From IMG/VR virus record IMGVR_UViG_3300005611_001882, positions 1 through 29,366 of that record: DNA of 29,366 bases; one strand, given 5' to 3'. The notes below the pieces were generated by a model. The model was not told the origin of the DNA, made no database searches, and was given only the letters and a program-made list of their open reading frames with translations. How positions within the stretch are numbered: position 1 is the first letter of the stretch; every line of letters starts with the position of its first letter. Source of the stretch: a virus. Taxonomy: Duplodnaviria > Caudoviricetes. A program made the translations under genes and the position numbers. Below, in pieces: positions 18,316 to 28,900 of the stretch.

Positions 18316-19940
18316 TGGCTGGAATTGTCGAGCATGGGAGCGGCATTGCTGGCGGACTTCAAGCTGCTGCCGGGATGCTTCAAGGGGCTGCAAGTGGAAT
18401 GAAGATGGGCGCGGATCTGGAGGCCAGCCGCCTTCAGTCTGAGCGGCAACGCATGCAGCTTGGGATGCTCAAGCAAGCGGTTGATCTAGAAGAGAGTCAG
18501 CGGCAGGCGCAGACCGAGTGGGACATGCTTGTCGCTCGCTCTCTTGGCCAAGACCCCGCCGAGCAACAGCCAGGGGTTTACGGACCCCCCCCTCCCATTC
18601 AGGAGTTCGACACGGGTGAGACAGACATCCCCGGTGTACGTCGAGCGTCAATGGGATTCAGTCGAGAGCAGCTAGGGATTCTTTCTCGACTTAGTAATGA
18701 AGAGCGCGATGCGGCCATCGAGGACAAGCGGAATGAGATTTTCGCTGCTGACCTTGAAGCCAACATGGCAAACCTTCGTGGTCGAATAGAGATGATGCGT
18801 AGCCAGCAAGGGCCTTACGCTTCTCTCGAAGGAATGGGGGCGGACCCTAGAACTGAGTCCGTTCTCCAACAGGCCGACATGGCTATCCAGCTCTACGAGC
18901 GAGGAGAGATCAACGGCCTACAGGCGCACCAAGCGGTCTCTCAGGCTTCTAACGCTGTGCTTGAGATGATCTGGCAACAGCAAGACGCGCAGGAGACCGG
19001 ATCTGCTCTATACGCAAAGCTGCAAGAAGTGCGTAGAGGAAATGGGGACGTTCTCGGTGGGGATGATTCTGCGGTCGAGTTCCAAGAGTGGATCATCAAG
19101 AGCTGGGTTAGCGGAGACCTAGATGGCAAGACCGCCAGAGCCCTTTCGGGGCTTGGCCCGCAAGGTTCCGATGCCGCGCTATCGTGGGCAATGAGGCAGG
19201 CGCAGGGCATACAGCAGGCCCAACCCACCACCTATGAGAGCCAAGGAAGACTTACGGTGAACCGTGGTGGTCAACCTTCTAGTGCGCCGCGTGGCCTTGA
19301 TCAAATGGAAGCAGGGCCCATGCCTGGACAGGCGCAGACTTCACAAGATTCTGCTCGCAAAGCGCCTACTCAGAAACGCAAGCAAGGGACATCAGACAAT
19401 GTTGTAGGGAGTAATCCGTCTCCGATTTTCAAAGAGGAACGCACGCAGAGAGAAGAGGCTCGGTTTGTAGACAAGCTATTGGGACTTGCAAACCACCTCA
19501 AAAACAATGAGATCGAAAAATACAACATCATTGCGGACAGTTTGACGGGAAACGCTGAAGAGCAGCAGGCGCTAGCAAATGCTGTTGCTCGTGTAGCCTC
19601 TGGAAAAGACGCCCAAGCAGAAGCGAAAGCTTTGCCAAAGAACTATCTCCGCCAAGTGACTATGGGGTATCACGGCTCACAGCTAGCAGAAGAAGACCCC
19701 GGGATGATCCGTGATCTATCCGGCAACTTGGTTCCTAAGAAAAAAGCAGGTGATCTAGTTTCGCCGGATGGGCCGATGCCCCTTCCTAAGAGCATTTGGT
19801 CGGAACCTAAAGGGGAAAGGGCGGACATCAAACCGCCCAGCGAGCAAGAGAAGAAGAAAAAGAAGAAGAAGAAGAAGAATCCAAATGATCGCTTCGTGAG
19901 AGGCAAGAGGCGCAGCACGGAACAAGAGTCGGATAACTAG
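18315..19940 (+). CDS. DNA ejection/internal virion protein (541 aa) with a Lys9 tract near the C-terminus
   Basis: Gly/Ala-rich N-terminus and Gln-rich helices. Lies between the small ejection gene and the giant gene. Confidence 0.6.
   Translation: MAGIVEHGSGIAGGLQAAAGMLQGAASGMKMGADLEASRLQSERQRMQLGMLKQAVDLEESQRQAQTEWDMLVARSLGQDPAEQQPGVYGPPPPIQEFDTGETDIPGVRRASMGFSREQLGILSRLSNEERDAAIEDKRNEIFAADLEANMANLRGRIEMMRSQQGPYASLEGMGADPRTESVLQQADMAIQLYERGEINGLQAHQAVSQASNAVLEMIWQQQDAQETGSALYAKLQEVRRGNGDVLGGDDSAVEFQEWIIKSWVSGDLDGKTARALSGLGPQGSDAALSWAMRQAQGIQQAQPTTYESQGRLTVNRGGQPSSAPRGLDQMEAGPMPGQAQTSQDSARKAPTQKRKQGTSDNVVGSNPSPIFKEERTQREEARFVDKLLGLANHLKNNEIEKYNIIADSLTGNAEEQQALANAVARVASGKDAQAEAKALPKNYLRQVTMGYHGSQLAEEDPGMIRDLSGNLVPKKKAGDLVSPDGPMPLPKSIWSEPKGERADIKPPSEQEKKKKKKKKKNPNDRFVRGKRRSTEQESDN
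19851..19877 (+). repeat. (AAG)n trinucleotide run encoding Lys9
   Basis: AAG AAG AAA followed by six AAG, read directly. Confidence 0.85.
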
Positions 19941-19945
19941 CAAAC

Positions 19946-22900
19946 ATGCAACAACAGTCTGCATTCGAGCTGGCAAAGCAAGCCTTTCAGCAATCATCAG
20001 GGTCTTCATTGGAGACGACTCCTGAGCCTTCGCTTCCGATGGAAGGCGGGCTCTTGCAGCCCGAAGGAGAAGAGACTTCTGCGTTTGACCTAGCAAAGCG
20101 TTCGCTTCGGGAGACTCCAGAAGGATTTGGAGAAGGCTTTACTTCGGTTTTCTCTGAGGCGTGGGAAAGTGGCTCATGGAAAGAGGCTATTCCGTTCTTT
20201 GGCTCTGCGTACACGGCGGACAAGTACGCAACTTTGTGGTCGGCTGCGGATCGGCTAGAGCGCGGAACGCAGACGCGAGAGGACGAAGACCTACTCCTAG
20301 CCTTTCTGTCTGAATCCCAGAAACCTAGCGGAATTGGCCGCATGGTCGGGGACATCCTCCTGAACCTGCCCGGGTTTGCCATCGAGTTTTGGCTTTCAGG
20401 CGGGCTTTTGAAGCTGGGGACCAAAGGGGCCGCAAGCCTTGCTGGTAAGGGGCTGAGAGAGGCCATTGAGAAAACTGCCCAGAGAGGCACCTTGAAGGCG
20501 TTCTCTGGGCAACTGGCGAAGCGGTCTGCTTCCGGCGCGATCAAAGAGGGCGCGATTGGCGTAACCCGTAGTGTCGCTGGTAGTGCGGCGCAGCTTGGGG
20601 TAATGGCTGGCCTTCAAGAGGCCGCTGGTGGCTCGCGCATTCGAGGCAACGCTTGGCGTCGAGCTATGCCGCAGATGTCGCTTTCCGAAGAGGACGCAGG
20701 CAGGCTAGCTATCACGTTCCACAGCACCACCGGGGAGTTCATGGATGCGCTCCCTCAAGCGGTTCTGGACGAGCTGATCGAGGTCTACTCTGAGCGTAGC
20801 GGAGAGGCTCTCCTTGCTGGTGCCAGCAAGATCCCCGGATGGGCGAAGGTCCAGGCGATGATGGGGGCCGTTGCGGAGAATTGGACCAAAAAACACCCAG
20901 GAGGCATTCGGTCCCTTCTGTCTACTGTCTCAAGCAAAACAGGGTGGCACGGTCCCATCGGGGAGTTCCTTGAAGAGCGTTTTGGCGGCGCTCTTCGTGG
21001 AGCGACGGGGGTAGAGGAGGGAGGGGTCATCGAGAACACTTTCCCGGGCCTCGACCAGATGGCCGCAGAACTCATCGCGTTCTCTGTTCCTACTGCTGCC
21101 GGAACTGGTGTGCAGTTGGCTACAGATGTGCCTGCGGCTGACTACGAAAATCGTTTTGCAGACCGTGCAGGCGAAGCCAAGACCCTTAGTGGTCCGCTCA
21201 AGAAAGAAGAGATCGAGGCTGGCGTAGCGGATTTGTCCAGTCGCGAGGGCGTTGCCTTCAACGTAGTGGAAGCGCCCGACAAAGAGGCTGCGAAAGAAGC
21301 AGAGGCCGTCGCAAAGGCTCGTGGCGCGGATATCGTTTGGGTGTCTAGCGAAGACGGGTCTCCGCTTCCGTTCAATGCGGCGCTATTGCGCGAAGGCGTT
21401 ATCGCAATGGACGCCAACGCTGCGGAATCTCCGGCGCAAGTCGTACTTGAGGAGCTGTTCCACGACCTTCGAGAAAAAGACCAAGCACTACACGACGAGC
21501 TAGCTCAAGCTGTTCGAGACATAGACAAGGACAGCTTTGAGGAGTATCTCGAAGAGTATAAGGCGCTTTACAAAGAGGTTTTTGGCCGAGAGCTTGCCGA
21601 AGAAGCTGAGCTGACTGAAGGGCTGGGCGGGTATGCCCAGATGCACGCTGGGCTTCTATATCTCGCCAGCACAAAAAATGGTCGCGAGGCTTTGGCTAAG
21701 CTCGTTCAGAACAAGCGCAGCTTTGTGCAGCGTCTTGTTGACTGGATGAAAGAGGTGTCCGGGACGCTCGGATTGGGCCTCAGAACGACTCAACAGAAGC
21801 GTCTGGAGGCCCTTGATCGGCTACTTGGCGTAGAGGGAATGACTACTGTGCAAAGCGCAGAAGCCGCCCTTTTGTTGGGTGATGCCTTTCAAACGACAGT
21901 TGGTGTTGCTCCCCCGACCATGCGGTTGGGTCCAGGCGCTCCTAGGTCAACAACTCAGTTGGAAGAGCCCCAGGGCAGCCCGGAGACTACTGAGCAACAA
22001 GAAGGGGAAGAAAGCGAGGAAGCCGATGGCCAGACGGACCCGGTGCCCGGGACGGATGAGCAACCGCAAGAGGCCCCCCCTGAGCAGGAGGCTGATGCCC
22101 CTGCAAGTGCGCCACTTTCAGAGCGACAGCCTAAGCGCGCCAAAAAGCTAGCGGCGCAGGCACGCGAGCGCGTTCGAAAAGAATGGGCTCAATATGAGAA
22201 TGTGGGTGTAGATGCCCCAGCTCTTACGTTCCTTATCCGCGACTACCTTGGAGAGTATGCGGGAGACCCTCCCTTTGATGACCCCGAAGAGCTGGAGCGC
22301 AACGCTGTAGAAGAGGCTGAGCTACTCGGAATCGCGGGAACGAACTTCCCCGAGATTCTAGCCGAGCTGGCTGGTCCTGTAAGTGCAGGGGGCTCTAGCC
22401 TTGAAGAGGTTGCGCTTGAACGTGCCGATAAAGCTGTTCGTGAGTCTGGAGAGCTTTATGCGGTAGAGCTGGACAAAGACGAGCACGGAGAGCTGATCAA
22501 CAAGTGGCACGACAAGCACCACAAGACTCGCGAAAAGCTGAACCCTAGATATCAACACGCTCTGGCTGTAATGGCTGGGGATGAGTTGCTTGCCGTTGCC
22601 ACCTTGGGCACCCCTACAGGGCGTTGGGCTAAAGAAAAGCAAGGCAAGATTGTCGAGCTTCAAAGAGTCATCAGCTCTGGCTCCCGCAAGAACGCCTCTA
22701 GCCTTGCCGCAGCTCAGTCGATTGAGTGGGCCAAGAGAAACGGCCTAACTCTTGTGACGTACTCTGAGATCCAAGAGGCAGGAAGCACTTACAAGGCCCT
22801 ACAAGAGCCTCGCAAGGACGGCTATCACTTGCGCCCGACTTCCTTGCGTCCAGCAAGACAGTCTAGAGCCGGGAAGCCGGAGCCCGAAAAGGTTCGGTGG

Positions 22901-25900
22901 GAAGCAGGCCCCTTAGCTGGCGAAGCTATCGAGCTGCCCGGTCAGCCTCAAAAGAAGTCGAGATCGCGCGAGGAGCAAGAAGCCGAAGAGATTGAGATTG
23001 TTAGCCGCGCCCGCGAAGAAATCGGCAAGGGGGGAACTCCTCAGCAAATCTTCCGGCGTTTGGTCGCTCTCTACAAGAATCAGCGTAGGCCCAAGATCCG
23101 AACGTCTGAGACGGTGCTGCGCCAACAATACAGCACTCCGATTCCTCTTGCCTACCTTGCGTCGCAACTCGCTGGAGTTGAGGCAGAGGATGTTGTGTAC
23201 GAGCCTACGGCAGGCCACGGGATGCTTCTGGTGGGCGTTCCTGGTAGCGCCCTTGAGTCCGCCCAGCTCAACGAGATCGACGCAGATCGTGCAGCTCGCC
23301 TTGAGGCATATCTGGAAGAGCGATTTGGACCTACTGAGGGAGGTCGTCCCAGGGTTAGCGTCCAAGACGCAACGGAGCACACGCCCAACGTCACGCCTAC
23401 GGTTGTTTTGGCCAACCCGCCCTTTGGCAAAGTGGCGGGAGAGTCTCGTGGAAAGCCGAAGTCGTGGAGCGTCCGTATTGGCTCTAAGACTCTCAAGACG
23501 ACCACAATCGACCACGCGATTGTGGCGAAGTCTCTTGAGACTCTGAAAGACGGCGGTAGAGCCGTCTTCATCATTGGCAGCCAAAAGAGCTTGGCTTCCG
23601 GCAAAGAGCGGAGGCAGCAGGAGAGAGAGAAGGCATACCGCGTCGGAGCGACCGGAAGGTTCTTCAACGCTCTATACGACAATTGGAACGTAGTTCAGCA
23701 CGTTACGATTGACGGCGAGCTGTACAAGCAACAGGGGGCCGCATGGCCCGTGGACATCATCGTCATCGAAGGTCGCGGCGCATCAAAGCTAGAGCGCCCT
23801 AGGGAGGAAGCCCCGGAGGTTCTGTATGACTGGAAAGAAATCGAAAAGCTACTGGTGCCCGGAAGGGGCGAATCCGCTTCTAGCCAACGTGCAGGCGAAA
23901 GAGGGGGAACTGCTGTCGATGCGGGAGTACCAGAGTCGGCTCCTACTACGGGTGCTGGAGTTAGTGAAGAAGGAGAAGCTGGAGGTGGCACAGGAGCAAG
24001 TCAGGCCCCTGGAGGCGATGGGGGTTCTGGGCGTACCGGAATGGGATCTGGACAGCCTGAGAGCGGCGGATCTGGCTCACGCGCTCGTTTACAACAACCT
24101 GACGGGACAGGAGTGCCTGACGGACGATCAGGAGTTTCCGGCGAAAGTTCACAAGCTGCGGAAGATGCGGCCAATCCCCCTGGAGGGTTGGTTGGCGCAA
24201 CTAATGACGACCTTGCAAGGCTACTAGACGAGACGATTGAAGAGGCGTATGGCGAAGACGCTGCGCCCTCCGCTGTTGAGCCGGGTGAATCCGAAGAGGC
24301 TATTGAGCAAGCCAAGGAGCAGCTTAGCCCGGAGAAAATGGCGCAAGAGCCCGAGTCTCCTGAAAAGGAAGAGGGCTCCGGGCGCGACGAGGATCTAGAC
24401 AGCATTGCCGACCTTTTCTCTCTCCCCCGGCGCAACGTCGATCCGGGAGAGATGTGGAGGGCGGACATTCTTGAAGGGGCGCAGTCATACACATCGGAAC
24501 GCACCTCTAGAAAACAAGTTCCTGCCGGGAGACGGATGATCGACTGGCAGCCAGGGACGATCAACGCCGACATTGGTGGGGGAAAGTACGACGACTTCAC
24601 GGATTGGCTGCGTGAGCGCGGCGTGATCAACAAGGTCTACGATCCTTACAACCGCAGCCACGTTCATAACCGCGTCATCATTCGCGGTATCGCCAACGGG
24701 AAGGCCGACACAGCAACGGTCTTCAACGTACTGAACGTCATTCGTGAAGCCGATGTTCGTCAGCTCGTCATTGCCCAGGCAGCAGATGCCATCAAACCGG
24801 ATGGTGTGGCCGTATTCCAAGTCTATGACGGCGGCTCCGCGAAATCAGGCAAAGGTGCCCAAGCCACAAAAGATGGCTGGCAAGAGTTCCGCAAGGCGCA
24901 CACATACCGGGACGAAGTGGCGAGCTGGTTCGGCGAAGTCGAGATCAAGGGTTCGAGCCTGATCGCCAAAGAGCCCCGCAAGCTCCAGTCCGGGCGCGCG
25001 GTCTTCTCGCTGCCGAGGCGCGATGAGAGATACAGAAAGATCGCCAAGACCTTTGTTTCCTCGCTCGAAAAGCGTGGCGTAGATCCCAACGACGCAAAGG
25101 GCATCGTCACAACGCTTGTTGGTTACTTCCGCGATGAGCTGAAGTTCACAAAAGAGCGCATGGAGAAGGTGAAGGGGACGGTCATGCTCTTCATGCGTGA
25201 CGTTCAGAATGGCGTCTACGTTTGGGGCTCAGCGAAACAGCGGGATAGAGTTGAGACAAACCCGAATAACCAAGCTCTAGAGACAGACCTACAGGTTCCC
25301 TACGAAGGGATGTCTCAAGGCAACAGCATGGATACGCTGATGCCCAAGAACTTGATGACCTCGATGTTGCGTGCGCTCCGCTCCTTGAGAGAAGAGCATG
25401 GAGACATTGACGAGTGGGTCGCAGAAGAAATGGGGTGGACCACCGAGGAGTTGCACCAATACTTGGGCCAAGAGCAAATCGACGCGCTTGCAATGGCCCT
25501 AAACAGCTTCTCCAAGAACTCTGGATTCATCCTGGGGGATCAAACCGGGGTCGGAAAAGGCCGCGTTGTTGCAGCTCTTATCCGCTGGACTATCCGCCAG
25601 GGCCACACGCCTGTTTTCCTTACGCAATCGCCCGGGCTCTATGCCGCGATGTTCCGCGATCTGCACGACATTGGAGAAGAGTCCGTCAATCCATTCATCA
25701 CGAACACCACCCTTCAAGGCGGACCGATCAAACTTCCAGCACGACCGTCGCAGAAAGACAAAGGCGAAAAAGATGGAGACCGGGTTCTTCGTCCCGTGTC
25801 TGCGAAAAAGCTAAAGGAAATTGCTGACCATGCCCGCGATAACGGGCAATTGCCCGGGCCATTCAACGCTGTTTTCAGCACCTACGCTCAGTCGCAATTT

Positions 25901-28900
25901 GTCGGTGGAAAGGCGCGGGACAGGCACACCATCTTGGAGAATATCGCTCCAACCACGGTATGGATTCTGGACGAGTCTCACGAGGCTGGCGGGCAACAAC
26001 TCACGCCTGCTGACGAGAAAAAGATCGAAGAGGGAGAGAAGATGCCCCGCGCCGTCTGGATTCGGCGCGTCACGGCTAAGGCTATTGGCGTTGGGTACTC
26101 TTCTGCCACGTTTGCCAAGAACCCTTGGGTGCTTTCTCTATACCACAAGACCGACTTGTCCCTTGCCATACCTCAAGACGATGAAATGATGAAGATCACA
26201 TCGGGAGCCATTGCGACAGGTGGCGTTCCGATGCAGCAGTTCATTTCGACTCTCTTCTCAAAGGCCGGGCAAATGGTGCGCCGAGAAAGGAGTTTCGAGG
26301 GCGTTGAGTTTTCCGAGCAGATTGTCGAGGTAGACAAGCAGACCGTTGAGTATGTGTCGGAAACGCTGCGAGATATTTTTAGTCTCGATATGCGCGAGAT
26401 GAGCGGCGCAAGGTCAGCGTTTGTCGAGCTGCTTCAACGCGAGGGTCTTGAAGTAGCAGGCGATACGGCTGTTGGAGATGCTGGCGCTTCTGATACGGTT
26501 GGGTTCACAAGCGTTATGCATAACCTTGTAGCCTCGGCTTACCTTTCGCTCAAAGCGCCGGAGGTTGCTGATGCCGCAATTGCCGAGTGGAAGGCAGGAA
26601 GAAAGCCTACCATCTTCGTCAACTCGACTTTGGGCGCGGCTCTCAGAACCCTGATGGATGCGAACGACTTGAGCGTCGGAGACACCATCGAAGATCCGAG
26701 CTTCAAGAACGTGATGAAGTCGGCGCTCCATAGGCTCCGAACGCTCCCTATCAAAGATGGAGATGGGAAGAAGGTAGACGAGCGGTACATCCGCGACCAA
26801 GACTTTGCCCTGATCGGCATGCATCATGCTCTGGAAGCGTGGAACAAGTCCATGCAGCTCGTTGAGGGGATGGACTTTGCAGAAATGACGCTTTCCCCCA
26901 TCGACGTAATGCGCGAGCGCATGGAGGAAGCCGGGATGTCGGTTGGAGAGCTTTCGGGAAGAGATGTCCGGGTACGCACTACAGGCGACGGCCAATATAG
27001 AATCGAGCGTCAAAAGACAGGCAACGCCGCAAAGCAGGAGAGAATCGCTCGCTTCAACGACGGATCATTGGACGCTCTGATCTTCAACGTGGCTGCGGCA
27101 ACGGGATACTCTTTCCATGCTGGAGCCAAGTTCCTCGACCAGCGCCGTCGCGTGATGTTCATTGCCCAAGCGGCCCAAGACATCAACGTCTTCATGCAGG
27201 CCCTGGGTCGCATCCACAGAACCGGGCAAGTCACGGAGAGGCAAGAAAAGGAAACGCCTTGGTCTGTGGTCGGAACGCAATTCGAGTCGGAAGACTACGG
27301 GCTCCCTATCTTCCGGCTCATGTATGCAGACACCCCCGGGGAAATGCGTCCAAGGGCGATGGTGTCGGCCAAGTTGCAGGCGTTGAATGCCAACGTAACC
27401 GCATCTGCAAAAGGAGCTGCGAACATCGAAGGCGCACCCTCCTACATGAACAAGTATGGAGATGCGGCTGCCATGCAAGTCCTTCAAGAGATGGACCTTG
27501 TAGACACGGTTTCGATGGGGTTCTTCCAAGACAGCGAAGGCAAAATTGTGAATTCGCTTGGTATGCCTGTTCCTGCAACAGACCTTGCTAGAAAGCTGAC
27601 TGGCAAGTCATACGTTCTGCCCCTTCAAAAGCAGCAGGAGCTTTATGATCGCCTCATTTCTCTTTACGAAGAGAAGATTGAGCAATTGAACGCGATTGGT
27701 GCCAACGACCTAGAGGCTCCCCTGCTTGAGTTGGATGCCAAGCGCCTTCAGGTTCTTCTGGCGCAAGAAGCTGACGGCCCTTCTCCTTTCCAGGGCGCGG
27801 TGTTCGAAGAGCGCCTAGATGTCCTCAAGCTCAACCCCCCGGAGTCTTACGAAGACATCATGGAGAAGGTGGAGAAGAGCGACAGCGTAGAATTGCTTCG
27901 TGAAGCCGAGGAAGAGCTTCCGCGCCGCTTGGAGGAAATGGAAGACTCTGCGGGGTCGGCTTCTGAGCTGTTGGCTACTCTGGAAAAGAAGATCGAGTCT
28001 CTTGTTCAGAAGATCGAGACGATGGACCTTCAGCGGTCAATCGACGGCAAGAAGAAAAAGAACAAGAAGTCTGAAGAGCAAAAAGAGCTGGAGTCTGAGT
28101 TGCGAGGGCTGCGATCAAGGCTCAACGAACTGAACGTATTGGAGAACGCAGCAAAGAGAGATAGCGTGCGGCTCAGCGAGGCAGCGGTCTTCTTGCGTGA
28201 ACTCTCTAGGAAGGTAGTCGCAGGACGCCCGGTTCAGTTGTCCATCAAGGTAGATTCAGATTCAGAGACATCTGATGTCGGTATCACCGACGATGGCGGC
28301 AAGAACACCCTATATGGCGTGATCACAAAGGTTGGAAGACATGGCCGCACGGTGAGCGCGCTATCTCCTTCTGACTACTACTTCGAGGTATACACGAACA
28401 AGAGTTCGGCACCTTTGAAGGTCAGCTTTGCAGCTATCAAGCACAAGACTGTGGAGCTGAACACCTCGACAGGCCCCGTCGTAAAAGGGCGGATCGACCT
28501 TGAACGCTCTTCCGGCAGAGAGGAGGTGTCTGTTCTGACTGGCAACCTTCTGAGAGCTTGGGCTCAATTTGAAAAGTCCGGCACTCTCGCCATGTTCAAA
28601 GACTCCGAGGGCCGTGTGCGATCTGGGGTTATGTTGCGTGGAGGGAAGAGCGTTGTGGACCTTCTTTCTGAGGCACCCCTCCGGGTGTCTCTGGAGCAGG
28701 CAGAAAAGCTAATGGACGCAGCGGGTGGCGTCGTTGTCTTTGGAGAAGGCACAAAAAATCGCCCTGCTGGCATGGCAATTAGGCTTCAAAACGGAAACGT
28801 CTCCATCAAATTGTCGAACGCCAAAGGGGTTCGATGGATGCTGGACCGCCTTGAAGCATCTGGCCATTCGTTTGTTCAGAGATCCGAACCTGGCAGCCCT

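Noticed and set aside
19670-19918. Minus-strand ORF with a poly-Phe run (possible membrane peptide)
   Set aside because: It is the antisense of the AAG/Lys9 run and has no independent support.
23860-24410. Gly/Ser/Glu-rich stretch as a separate repeat element
   Set aside because: No exact DNA repeats are visible. It reads as a disordered linker inside the giant protein.
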